Shown here in pieces: positions 24,791 to 38,600 of a stretch of 64,000 nt of DNA; position 1 is the first letter of the stretch, and each line of letters starts with the position of its first letter. The notes under the pieces were generated by a model, which was not told where the DNA came from, did not search any database, and saw only the letters and a program-made list of their open reading frames with translations. The stretch covers positions 103,478,001 through 103,542,000 of the forward strand of contig NC_043000.1 of NCBI RefSeq assembly GCF_006345805.1, written 5' to 3'. The stretch comes from Octopus sinensis (taxonomy: Eukaryota). A program made the position numbers and the translations under genes.

Positions 24791-26529
24791 AATAAATAGA
24801 TAAATAAAACTAACACACGTCCTACAAATTCAATCTATTTGCAGTATAGGAAAAATTTATAAAACATTCCAAAGGCTCCCTACCTGAGATTCTGTAAATG
24901 AATAGATGCACACTCTTGATTGCGTACACCTAAAAAATACAAATGTAAAAAGTATTGATGCACAGGCATGCACAAACACATAATCACTGAAGAGACACGT
25001 TCACACGAATCGTAAAAGCAGTTACATACACCTGATATCTGCACACACTTACTCAACCACATATTAAAAAAAAACTAAGTCTTGTCACTTTGTTAGCAAC
25101 CGCCTCACAAGAACTCAAATTTCCATTAAGAAGCTCCATTAAAAAGAGCTTAAATAAACCTCATACATACACTAGATGTATCTGTGGAAATTTTACAATT
25201 ATTTAGAAAACTGTGACATGGTTGAAAGTTTCTAAAGAATCATGAAATATATAACTTTTTGAAATTGTGTATTTTTTTAAATATGACTTTTGACGATGTA
25301 AAAACCAAAATAGTATTGAATGTGTAGTCTTAGAAGATAACGTCTCCAAATGCTAAAGACCTTATTATACATTTATCACCTCTTTCACCTTTAAAGTTAT
25401 ATTGTTATTTTTCACTTTTCTCCAAGAAGTAAACAATCTTAACTATGGAACGAAATCGAAGACATTATCTATCTATATGATATCATTCTGCTACTGTACG
25501 ACTAAGTTTTAATAAATTTAATTCTCTATGTTCCATCATTATTTTCATATCAAAGAAAAAGTTCATATGACTAGGCTTGAACCCACAGTGCCAGAGAACG
25601 AAGTATAGTAACTGCATCACTGAGCTGTGGATTCTAAAATGAAAAATATAGTCACACAGGTTGTTCTGGATTCGATTTCACTGCATAGAACTTTGGGTGT
25701 CTTTTACTATGTCACTCTGGTAGAGTGATGTTTGGCAAATAGTACATTGTGAGTGTGTGTGTGTGTGTTTGAATGTAGGTTTAAGTTTATGCTGCTTAAA
25801 GCCAGCGCTGTTAATGCTGTTCAGAAAACAGACATTGATAAAAATAAGTATCAAGTTTTAAAACAATTATTGGAGTTTATATGCTTGTCTATCTCTTTGA
25901 AAATGGTGCCACACTCCAATAATCAGTAAAAGACTAAATGCATAAAATAATATATTTCATACTCAATTTAAAATATTTATTTGTAGGTCTTACGAATAAT
26001 TTAAATAATATAAATGGTGTTTCTCTAATAGATGATGCCTCGGTTTCGTTACATTTATTAGAGCACAATAGGTAAGAAGATACTATTATAAAAGTGTTTG
26101 TGTTTGTGTTGTCGTCTACGAATCCATAAGTCAGAAAAAAGAGGCACTCGTATACTTGTCGACAGGGTGAGTATTTCAGCCAATTTAATCAATGATAGTT
26201 TTCATACCAAAAATTTAATCAATCGTATTTTTCATACCAAAAAGATCATCAGAGACTGCATATTATATTATTTGTAGTGACTTTGAAGGCGATATAAATG
26301 TAACATTTCATCAGAAGAATGATAGATAGATTATAGTACGGTTCAGAGACAACCATGTCACCACTCTCTGTAATTACGTGATCTAAATGGAAAATTCCAT
26401 CTAAAAACCAATGGTTGAAATCCATTGGTTGAAAGCCTAGCTAAGAGATCCTAACACCAGATACTTGCAAGATTTTTGCTGATGGCAAGCCCAACGACAT
26501 TGTTTTCGAGGGTCGATTGACAATGGGTG

Positions 26530-26751
26530 TACGATGGGATGCTAAAAAGTTCCTGGCTTTAAGAGTGTCATGAAAGGCCTAGTTGGAGGTCCAACTTTCC
26601 TAGTTCTTTTACAGGGCTTAGAAAAACTGAAAGACCGATGCAATAAGTGTGTAACTTATTGATGAGGAATATGTTAAATAAAATCATAATTAACTGATCC
26701 TACTGTATTTTTTTTTATCCAAAGCCAGAGTCTTTTCACCATCCACTCGTA
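26530..26751. mobile_element. Mariner-derived MITE (~220 bp)
   Basis: TIRs tacgatgggatgctaaaaagttcctggcttt vs revcomp tacgagtggatggtgaaaagactctggcttt; TA at both ends. Confidence 0.75.
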
Positions 26752-27344
26752 TGTTTCGTACCTGATACTCGAATTTATATCATACAGCACTTGATTCAAC
26801 TTTTATTCTATATAGTGAAATACTAATTGTTTATCAATGAATAAGGTACGTGAAACTTTTGGATTTTGATCGGTCACCAAGTGACCAGCATATGGATTAG
26901 TGGTAGTTTTATTCATGGAAAGTCTATTCATGATAAAAATACTTAATTGTCAACAACCCGTTCACCTAGCTATGAATAAATGGTGCAGGGTTATAATATA
27001 TACTGCTGTCTGGGGCAACAGGACAAATGCCTCTGACGAAGTCCAATTCTATTCGTGAATATATTTTGGAAAGGAACGTACCTCACTATGCTGACTTGCT
27101 TTAGATACACTGCGTAACTGTGAGCCCTTAAGTGGTTTCCTAAATTCCAATTATTCTGCCATAAACACACATTTTACATATATTTGCACATATGTACATA
27201 ATGCACGTACACATATTTATAAAAGCAGGTCTACATTTTTCAAAAGCGCACATATACATATATGTATACATGTGTTCTTATACATGAGAGCGTTGATAAA
27301 TGAGTTAATATGTTACCGGACAACCAACGAAAAGTTCAGTGGTT

Positions 27345-27437
27345 CTACTATATCCTTTTCTGCTCTAGGCACAAGGCCCGAAATTTTAGTGGGGGGAGGG
27401 CAGTCGATTAGATCGACCCCAGTGCGCAACTGGTACT
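27345..27437 (-). mobile_element. SINE family 2 3' fragment
   Basis: Reverse complement of the tail at 22035-22117; breaks off at ggtactt. Confidence 0.8.
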
Positions 27438-28369
27438 TGGAGGGCAAAGAGATTTTGTTTCTTCCCAAGTGTCACCTGTGCCTGAAACCGATCCACATCA
27501 AAAAGAACTGTCCCCAGGACCAGAGTAGGGTCCTGGAGCAGTAAGTTGCGGAAAAGCCGCCCTCCTCCTCCGGAAGGAGTGATGAAGGTACGTGAGGAGG
27601 GAGAGACATCCATCGGAAAAAAGAGGGAAAAAAGGAAGGAGAGCAACAATGGTTGCTCACCGAAGGATCCTAAAGCTGCGGGAGGAAGCGATGTTCCTCC
27701 GGTTAAGGCGAAGGAACCAACCCCTCCCGTACCAAGGGCAAAAAAAAAAAAGAAAAAAAGAATGGGTCAGTGCCGGCGGTTTGCAGTGCACTGCCGGCAT
27801 GTCCCGAAACCTCGTCGGTGAGAATTGTGCCACCGACGGAGGAAACTGTGGCCTCTCCCAGTGAAAATAATGAGGAATTTGTGATCTTCTTTCTCAAGGG
27901 AGGGGCCGTAGAGAACTTTGTAAGAAGTTTTGAAGGTCGGGAACTGGCGGTCCCGACCTGCATTGATAGCCCACATTGGCCTCCGCAGGTGGCTGCGGAG
28001 GTCATGGAGGAGAGTTACTTTTATAAGATAATGCATGCCTTTTCTAAGGAGGAATTCAATTATCTTTTCTGGGTCCCCGATTTGCTACTGTGGGATTGCT
28101 TGCAAGCGGCGAGAGATTTGATCGGGGAGGTGGAATGAGAGGTTTTGGCGCCTCGATTGATTTAGAACTTTTTGACTACTGTAAAAGGTTCCTCATTTGT
28201 GTTTTTAAAAAAATGAGAAAAAAAGAACAGTGTTCTCGAGGGACATCGATCGTTTGATTCTCTCATCAATATCATTATTTTGCTCATCATTCATTTCATT
28301 TGTGTTGTTGTCCAGCCCGCATTTGCTTTGATCTTTGTTATACCTTTATGGCAAATTTCATGAAATAAA
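27436..28369 (+). mobile_element. ORF1-only retroelement copy 2, 5'-truncated with internal deletion
   Basis: LEGKEILFL-PKCHLCLKPIHIKKNC, K-rich linker, and ORF 27770-28138 homologous to the copy 1 C-terminal domain (KGG..EN, WP.QVAAEV, AR.L.G.V); homologous 3' UTR with tgtccagcccgca..tggcaaatt..aaataaa. Confidence 0.8.
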
Positions 28370-28730
28370 GAAGCTTGTTTCCCAACCATAAAGTTCCGGG
28401 TTCAGTCCCACTGCGTGGCACCTCGAGCAAATGTCTTCTACTATAGCCTCTGGCCGACCAAGGCCTTGTGAATACGAAATTTGGTAGACGGAAACTAAAA
28501 TAAGCCCGTCATATGTGTGTGCCTTTGTAACTATCCGCCACCTCCGCTTGACAACGGATGATGGCGTGTTTACGTCCCCGTAACTTAGTGGTTCAGCAAA
28601 AGAGACCGATAGAATAAATGTCAGACTTATTAAGGGGTCGATTCATTCGGCTAAAAATTCTTCAAGCTGGTGCCCCAGCATGGCCCCAGTCTAATGACTG
28701 AAACAAGTAAAAGATAAACGATAAAAGATT
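28368..28730 (+). mobile_element. SINE family 1, headless, abutting ORF1 element copy 2
   Basis: Starts aagaagcttg; ends gactgaaacaagtaaaagataa. Confidence 0.85.
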
Positions 28731-29551
28731 CCAAATTAGTATGAAACATTTTTCCTTTACCAAATGGAAATTTTGGGGTTAGTAACACTTTTTATCTTCG
28801 TTGCTATTGTTGTTTAAACCCTAATGACTTATAACTTAGAGTAGACTTATAACCATAGGCGTTCCATTTACGACCATCAAGTTTTATTTTTCAAGTATAT
28901 GGAACTATATCATTCAATGCTTCTTTTCTCTTTTAAACGGGTAGGGTGTGACTTGAAAGGGATTTGGCTACTATTACTAGCAGGTGAAGTGACCACATAT
29001 AGAGTCCCTCATTTGCCAAAAGCCATATTGTTGCTAAAGGAAGAGCAATCTTAAAAGAAGTTACTTAATGCGCTTTCATAATTTTCCAAATTAATTTTTT
29101 TAATATTTTTTCTTTACGCGATCAGCAGCACTTGGAAATATTAGAACATTATGCTCCAGTGTAACCTTAGCTGTGACAATCAATTTGTTTCCTTGTTGTT
29201 GTTGCTGTTGTCGTTAGCACCGAGTCAGCTCCAATCGAACTAACCTCTGATCAAAAGCGCTCCACCCGTAGCCACCTTTTTTGTTATGATGTTATATCTT
29301 GGATTACATTTTCTTATGCGTAATTTCTTTCTAGGTCGTAATTTGAGGGTAATTTGATTATTTCTGGCTGGAGGAGTGACCACATAATAGACACTAATTA
29401 GTTGCTGGTTTAATTTGTCTGACGGCTTAAAATAAAAAAACAAACAAAAGAACTTGGAAGAAATAAGAAGGGAGATTATCAGATCGAGCATGAGTTTTAT
29501 TTTAGAGTAGTTTCCCCTTATGTCTCGTGAGTTCTAACCACATACAACAAA

Positions 29552-29662
29552 ATGGCAGACGTCCCAGATAGTGGGTCCTCCGAAAATCTTACTGAATCAG
29601 CTTCTCCATCTACAGATTCGGAAAATGAAGATTCTTCTCCACCCCCGCCTCCACCGAAGAAG
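29552..29662 (+). CDS. SNX4: SNX4 exon 1 (MADVPDSGSSENLTESASPSTDSENEDSSPPPPPPKK)
   Basis: aaaATGG start, 37 open codons, donor AAG|GTAAAC in phase 0 matching exon 2. Acidic/Pro-rich N-terminus; not conserved enough to prove by homology. Confidence 0.75.
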
Positions 29663-32600
29663 GTAAACCACTTCTTTCATTTATTAATAATAATGTTTAT
29701 CTTTTTTTTTCTTCGTACCTGAACGTTTTAATTCACTGATTAGAAGTGGTTTTCGTAATCGAATGCATAATATTATTGTTAGTATTAGTATTGTTTTTGT
29801 ATGTGTTGTTTGGTTTTTCATTGTGAACATTCTCTTAAATAACTGTAATATCCTTTCGTCTTTAAACATTTTATTCATAAATTATTTGTGAAACAATTGA
29901 TACAGACACAGCAAATAGACTCGTTAATTTTTTTTTTTTAGTTCCTAATCAATATGATAGCTAGTCACCAATTTAAACGAATTATTATTATTACTTTTTC
30001 TCTATCCTATTATTATTTCTAAATTTAAAGATATACCCTGTTAGTAATAAATTTAAAATTCTTGGTTTCAATATAAATTTTCGTTTGTAAAATATTTCTT
30101 CCAGAAAAACATAACAGAAATATAACAATGGCGAAAATAAATAACAGACGTGTGCGAGAGGAGAGGGAGAGGGAAGGGGAGAACCTCTGCGTGGTCGCTC
30201 GTTCGTTAGAAACAACAACCAAATCTCTCTTTAAATCACATTATATCTTATCAATAAAGACATTGAATAATGTAGTCATACATGCACAAAAATTGCACGA
30301 TGGTCACGATTGGACACATTTTAATCGGAATTATACTAGGTCTGTGCCGACCTGTGGCTCAACACCAATAGCAACAAATAAATACAGGAAAGGAATTTAC
30401 ATATGTAGATAGCGAGGAATATTTCTATAAATTAATCATATATTTATTCACAATTTAACCCCACCCTCTCTCTCTCTCTATCTATCTATCTCTATCGTAT
30501 TCAAAGTTAAATGTTAGATCGCTCGACAGACTAGAATTAGCAACCTAATCTCCTGCAAATTATACCTTATCGTCTTTAAAGGCAAACACATTGGATAATG
30601 TAATCGGAGAGTGAATGAAAAAATAATAATTGTGACTGGAATGTTTTGTGGGGGTTTTTTTTTTTAACAATATGACCGATTTCTGAATAAACAAACAACA
30701 TAAAGCTAGGGGGAGGATTTCCTAAGGTCGTTATGGGCGGAAATACCATCTATTGTGTAACAATATTTAATGGTGTTTCCCGATTATTTATATCATGTTT
30801 GTTTTGTTCTTGAATATTTCGATAAATTATGGAGTTAAACGCTGAAAACAAAATACGAAACCCATTAACTAAAGATAATGTTTTTGAGATAAAAATTACA
30901 CAGATAATTTAGACAAATTGTGAAAAATAATTTAAATTCTCTTTTAATGGTATGTGTTTGGTATTAATCTACTCTACCACCACTACCCTCTTTCCCGAAT
31001 TTGTAACCTCCTGCCAGTGTTATGATTTAATATTTGCTGAATTTTTGAAAGTCTCTAGTCTTTTGATAATAAACTAGAAATATAAATGAATAATGAGGGG
31101 GAAAAAAGAACCTACATATGGTTTTAGTTTTTAATCTGCTGGAAATAGCAGCCAAATCTCCCTCAGATCAGGGGTTTTTTTTTTTTAAAGACGCGCACAT
31201 TTTATAATGTAGCTTGCAGTAAACTAGGTTTTAAAATACATAAATAAATCGAAATACAGGATGGTTACAACTGAAATGCTCTTTATGATAGGTTTTCTTG
31301 ATCAGGCTTGGTATTAAACAACAACAAACTAAATGATAGCCAAAAATCATTATTATTGAATTACCATCATCATTGGTTCTACTTTCACTTTTCCATGTTG
31401 CAATCCATTAAACATGCAGTCAGTGGAACATATTGCTGTGAGCCAATGAAGAAGCCTGTTTGAGGTTTCTCATTCTGCAAGAAGTTGTAGCTAAATCTCC
31501 TTCAAATCACAACCCTGATATTTTTGAAAAGAAGAACGCATTAGACTATGTAACCATAGCTATAAAGAATGGTTATGATTGAAACACTTTTAAATATTGA
31601 TCTGCTTCATCAGGGCTAATACACAGTATAGATCTGCTCAGTCAGTGCTAATACACAGTAACAATTTCATTTCGTGTCTCTCTTTCTCCCCGCCCCCACT
31701 CTGCTTCTCTCAGGCTTGATTTTCTTAGGCTATTATGTCTCCATTTTCTGAACTTTGGTCTGTTTTAACCACATTCTTCCTTTACTGTTCACATTCCATG
31801 ACACCATAGCAGCATGGCCATCATTAATCACCTTTCTCATTGCACAATCAATGATCCATATTTGTTTGTTAGGTGCAGGCATAGTTATGAGGTTGAAAAG
31901 TTCACTTTTTGCAACCACAGGGATTCCAATTCAGTTTCAATGAATGGCACATTGGGCAAGAGTTTTCTGCTATAGCTTCAGATTGACTTGTGTGACTATT
32001 GGAATATGTTTGTCTCTGTGTTTGTATTGACACCTTTTAGCTAGAGGTGATATTTGTTTATGTTCCATATAAACACTATATCCAGCTTGTTGTTCAATGT
32101 TGTAAAGATACTTGAAAACAAGTGTTAGTATACAAAGATTAGTATCATGAAGGGCATCTGGCTGTAGATTACTCAAGAAGCCTTGTCCAGTCCATGCGAG
32201 CATGAAATAGATGACATGAAAATGAAAATACCATGTCCTAGTACAAACTGAAACTAATCTATCTGTATTATCTTATTGCAATTTATCCTCTACTTTAATT
32301 GTGTGATCAATTCTCAAGCCAATATGAATGATCTCTCTGCTATCACTTCTAACATTAGAAATTGCTACCCAATCACATCCTACCATGACACATTGGATAA
32401 TGTAGTTCTACGTAACCCTAAAAAGATATGACAGTCACAACGGGTTGTCTTGAATTAAACAATACTCCAATGCCCTTATACAAGTCAATCTGAAGCTATA
32501 GTAGAACACACTCACCTAATGTGCTGTTCACTAAATTTCCACCTTTCCTTTTCCCATGCTATCTTAGATAGATTTAAGTATATGGTTATTGAGCTTGCTA

Positions 32601-35600
32601 AAAATAGTTGCCAAAGTCCCCTCCTTTTGTACACTATCTTCTTAAAAAATAAAGACATATTGAATAATGTTTTCTTAGATACACTATGCTTGGATAAAAG
32701 ATGGCATGATCATGATCGAATATCTTTGATCATTGATGTGCATGATCACAACCAACTTAAAGCTAACCAACAACAATTTCTTAGACCAATTAAATGTAAC
32801 ATTTCTTGACACCTGACTGCAACTTCTCTTTTATTCTTTCCAAATTCATTACTTGCCTGTGACCCTTTTCCAATATTGCAAAATCTACTGCTTTGTTTGT
32901 GTCCTCTTCTTGGAGTACAAAAGTTGTTTGCAGTATGTTGCCTGTGGCACAAGTAAATGCACACAATCCATGCTGTAAGGTGGTTGGTGATAGGAAGAGC
33001 ATTCAACCATGAAACTGATGTTAAAAAACGATATACACATGAAAGATTGACATTTTTTTTTTCTCTGCTGTGTGTTTCTGATGACTGGACTTTGGGAAGT
33101 GTGCAGACACTCTACAGGCCTGTATCCTAAATAGACATAAAATGATGATGATGATGAGGAAGGTGTATCTGGTTAAACATTATAGAAGTTATTTCACTAA
33201 TTGCTACTCTACATTGTAAGGAAAATTCCTTGTTTGGAATAAACTTTGTGTTCATAATCATTTACTTATCTTTCTTTTTATTTAGCATAAAATAAATTTG
33301 GTTCTTACTCTAATCTGGAACCTTGATGACCAATGAGGCTGGTTGAATGTGGTCTTTCTAACTAGTAGGAATATCAGTTAAACCTTCCTTAAATCACAGC
33401 CCACCTTCTTCAAGTAAACATTAGATAATAATATTGACCTTAAAAATGATGAGATATTTAAAGGTTGGAATGTCTTTTGATGGTAGGTCAGCTTCATCAG
33501 GATTCATGGTTGACTTGAGTGATTAACAATTGGCTGACTAGCACGTCTTATAAAGTTTCTGTTGAAGATAATGCAATTTATTGAAATCATGGCGATGGCA
33601 GTGCTGGTGACACATAAAAGGCACCCGCGCCAGACACACAAAAGGCACCCAGTACACTCTGTAAAGTAGTTGGTGCTAGGAAGTGCATCCAGACAGAAAC
33701 CATGCCAAAATAGATGACTGGAGCCTGATGCAGCTCTCCAGTTTATCAGCCCTCGTCAGATTGTCTAACCCATGCCAGCATGAAAAACGGATGTTAAAGG
33801 ATGATGATGATGATTTGTATTACAGACTTCTAGAAGCATTGGACCCTTCCATTTTTTTTAGCTATAGATACCATGATGATTCTCAATGGTGGAAAGAGTC
33901 ATAGAAATTTTATATATTGTTTCTCAAAGATGGCTGACTGAGCTTTTAATATTGATTTTATCGTAAGAGATCCGTTTATATTATTGATATTTGACCTATC
34001 TTATCTAAAAAAAACAGTTTGTTTCTTCTGATAAACTACTATCTCATCATTAACTGTTTCTAACATTCTAAAATTATATAAACTTTGTACTTTTGGCTTC
34101 TTTATATAAACTAAAATTCTGCATTCCGATATTTCTTGTTAAATGGAGGCAGAATCACTTCTGTACTGAACACAACACCTTGTAGCATTTAATTACATCC
34201 TTTTTCTGTTCTGAGTTCATATCTCATGAAGATCAATTTTGTTGTTCATTCTCTAGGCAGGAATTTATTTTAATAAGTCTCTGTCAAAAATCCATGGTCA
34301 ACTAAACAAACTGTTCCCTCCTATACAATCTATGACATTGTGCCAATATCAGCAATCATTAGTTTATTTAATTATTGAAAACAAAAAGTGTCCCTGACCT
34401 TCAGAGCTCCTTTGAGACTGGTGATTTAGATGTGGTTTATGGTCAGCTTGAAGATGTGTAAGTTGACATCTATAGGAAATACATTAAGCAAGAAGGGGAT
34501 TCTCCAGACTATTGACATTCTTGATAGGTGAGGAAGGATTGGCTGCAGTGGTTAATGTTCAGTAATGTGTGTAGGGAAAAAAGGAGGATAATGAGAGGCA
34601 GAGGGCAGATAGGTATGTCAAAATTGTCCTGAATGATGATGGTGTACAACTAGGCTAGTAAGGGCCTCGATAGTAGTAATAGAAGTGGAGGAGAGAAGAA
34701 ACAGTATAGCTGTTGGCAAATGAGTGTTTGCCAGACAGATGGTCGTCTTTTGGATGAGATCTGGGATGTTTGTATATGAAGCAGCAACCAAATTCAAGAT
34801 GTATAGGCAAGACTTGGGCTAAGTATATTGCCAAATCAACTACAGTTCTTGATTGGTTCTGTATTTTATGGACCTATGAAAGGTGAAATAAACCTCAGCA
34901 GGAATTGAACTCAGAATCTTGTTGAGTTTGACTAATATTGATATCCAACATAAGCACAAAGCCTCACGTTTTTAATGAGAGGGTGAGAGTTTTTTATCCA
35001 TGTCAGTTCTGGCTGGTACTTTATTCTTTCAACTATAGAAGGATGAAAAATAATGTCAACCCTGGCAGGATTAGAAATGGGAATGTAATGAAAAATAAGT
35101 AAATACAGGAAAGCATTTTGTTCAATATTTTACCAATTTCACCAATCCATTCAGTCAGATTATTCATAATGTAAGCTATATGTAGTCTGTCTTCACAATT
35201 CTACTAAACTAAAAAAAATTCTAGCAAACTGTTGTTAAAGGGCAGAGTTTCAGAATAATCATTCCTTTCAGAATTTTTTTTTTTAATTTCTTCAAATTTC
35301 TGTTTTAAACACACATATTTGCTTTAAACAAGTAATTACAAATGTAGATAAAGAAATATAAATTGATGTTTCTAAGATTTGCAGTTAGTTGAATAAATAG
35401 GGTTTACATTAAACAAAGCCGATAAAATTACATTCTATGTTAACTTTCCTTGAAACATTACACTTTTTTCAGAAGGCTACACTTTGCCCATCAAAAAATT
35501 GCATACAGCTTTAAGACTGTAGACTCCCCACTACTTGTAATGATAACTAACTGGGTTGGTCAAAAAGTTTGCTTTTTTGTCCTTTGCACATGCATATTTG

Positions 35601-38600
35601 TTAGATACTTGACACCATTTGCTTTTTACCTTTGCACATGTGTACTTGGTAGATACCTGACACACTAATGTAGTTCAACACAAACTTGTGATGAGACAAG
35701 TTGTATTTTGTGCACTTGAAATTACCCTAAAAATGGAGAAGCAAAACAAACATTACCAACACATTATGCTTTTTTTTATAAAAAAAAGCAACAGAGCAGT
35801 GGAAACCTGCAAGAAATGTGCTGTGTATAAAGAGGATGCTGTTATGGAACATGTACCAGAAATGATTTTCAAGATTTCAATCAGGAAATTTTTCTCTTCC
35901 AAGATGCACCTCACTGTCTGGCCAACTGAGATTAACTGCAACAAAGTGAAGGAGTAGGTGACAACAACTCCCATTATGCAATCAGAATGATTGCAGATAT
36001 TGTCCAAATATCCAGATTCAGTGTTGAAAATCATCTGCATCAACTTGGTTACCAGGATCCCGCATCAGCTGAATGAGAGCATGGCTCCACTGGGATTCAT
36101 TTGCAGAAGTGTGAAGAAAACAATTCTTTTTTTTTTTTAAGAGAATTGTGACGGGATGATAAATGGAATGTCTATAATAATGTAAAGTGCAAACAATCAT
36201 GGGGGGAGGCATAGCAAACCACCACAAACAACCTCCAAAGCAGGACTTCACCCAAAGAAGGTTATGCTTTCAATTTGGTGGTGGGGTTGCAACGGTGTTG
36301 TCTTTTACAAGCTTCTTCCTACTAACAGCTGGATAAATTAAATGCAGTGATCCCCTAGAAGCATCCAGAACTTGCTAATTGTAAAGGCATTGTCTTTCAT
36401 CATGACAATGCTAGATCACACACTTTTTTGCAGACACAGTTGACATTACTGGAACTTGGCTGGGAAATTTTGCTTCACCTTCCATATTTGCTCAACTTGC
36501 ACTTTCAGATTTACACCTATTTCAGTCTCTTTAAAATTTATTGAAGAGGCTGGCATTCAGCTCTGAAGAAGATCTTAAAATTCACCTGGAAGAGTTTTAC
36601 ACAAATAAAGAAGGGAAATTCTTTGAGCAATATCCTTCCAGTCACACCAAATTAACATTTTTCACCAATTAAGAAAGGAAATTCTTTTACCTGTAAAGAA
36701 GGTAAATTCTTTGTGATTTGCCTACAAGATTGCAGAAGATACTGAAACTAAACAGCAATTATATCATTGATTGAATAAATCACTTTATATTTAAAACTTG
36801 TCTTATTTTCCTTAAAAAAGTGAACAAATGTTTTGGCCAGCCTAATATATTTTTTATAAAACCAAACTGAAATTATAATATAAAAGAAAAAGAAAAACCT
36901 AGTTATATAATAATTTATTTTAAAAGTAGAGCATCAAGGAATACATTCATAATTAAATGCTTATGAGTTTTCAGTTTTGGTACATGACTTTGCATGGCAG
37001 TGGTTAGTGTCAGGCACACAATCATGAGGTAGTGAGTTTGATTCCAAACCAGGTTATGTGTTGTGTTCTTGAGCAAAGCATTTTATTTCACAATGTTCCA
37101 GTTCATACAGCTGTAGAAATGAGTTGCAATGTTACTGGTGCCAAGCTGTATCAGCCTTTCCCTTGCATAACATCAGGAGGGGGAGGCTGGTCTTCCATAA
37201 ACAACCTTGTCCGGACTTATGCCTTGGAGGGTAACTTTCTAGAATACAATCCCATGGTTATTCATGACCAAAGGATGTCATTACCTTTGCCTTTTACATG
37301 ACTTAGGGAAGTGTATAGTTGACTGATTTAGCCCCAGTTCATTCCTTGTACTTATTTTATCAACACCATTGTGCATCAGTGAAGTAGTCTCTATATGCTT
37401 AATCAACCTGCTAGAGATAATAACCAAATCTTCCCTAAACTGTACCCCTCTGTCTTAAAAAAGAAAGGGAAAAGAATTGGACATACAGAATATATCTAAA
37501 AAAATCCCTGGTCATAACCAGTTGGAATGCCTTTCAACATAGTTGCTTAATAAGTGTTGGGGCTAAGCAACAACAACAATCTCAATACGAATAAAGGGTA
37601 GAATTTAACCCTTGTGGGACTTGAACTCAGATTGTGGAGGATTGAAAACTAAATATCATTAATGCACTGTTCCAACTCTCTGCCACTACACTTCCGTTAT
37701 TAAATGCCACAAAACAATGTATTAGAATAGTTGTACTAAATAGGAATATTAAACCCTTTGAATTTCTCTAAATGACTCATTCTTCTTCTTTCTGGGAACT
37801 GTTAATGTAGTTAATCTTAAAAAGAAAAGAGCTACTTAAAAGCTGCCACACAGTTCAACAATCTGTTGACCTTTGCTTGTTCTGGCTTTAAGTAGACTAA
37901 CGATTAATTTCTGTTTTTTTGACACTTTTTATAATTGTTAAAAACCTGAGAATTGGCTTTGCTTTTTGCTTTTAGTTCCTTATTATAAAGAAGTCCTTTG
38001 AAATTTGTTTCTTATACGTCAGTACACATATAGATTTTGATATACATTTATGCACACTCATAATGATTATTGCAGAAATACACCATGGATTATGAATGTG
38101 CATGTGCACATGTGTGTGTGTGTGTAGATATGGATGTGTGGTAAGAAGGTTCCTTCTCTAACACACTGTTTCAGGTTAATTCCCATTGTGTGGCACCTTG
38201 AGAAAGTGTTTTCTTCTATATCCCTGGACTGACCAAAGCCTTGTAAATAGATTTGGTTGATGGAAACTTAAAGAAGCCTATCTTTTATATATGTGTGTGT
38301 ATCTGTGTATTATTGTCTCCTGGCCTTGACTTGAAGTGATAGCTGTAAACAAGTGTCACTGTCATGCAAGCTATGTCTTCTGTTTCTAATCTTCAATGGA
38401 AACATGTCTGTTTATTATTACCTTATTCATTACCTAAGATGGAAACAGGTGAGGGTTGATGACAGGAAGAGCATTTAATTGTAGAAAGCCTCCGCAAATT
38501 AATTCTGTCTGACCCATGCAAGTATGGAAAGGATGAATGTTAAAAAGTTGATATACATAGTAGAAAAAGAAGAGGTTCAGGAAATCCAAACAAACGCCTC

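Noticed and set aside
29240-30412. Short ORFs around the SNX4 start on both strands
   Set aside because: AT-rich low-complexity peptides with no motif; more likely promoter and intron sequence.
34405-34457. Exon-like segment (cAG..|GTAAGT) in SNX4 intron 1
   Set aside because: 53 nt would shift the frame between exons 1 and 2, has no SNX4 homology, and borders a transposon relic.
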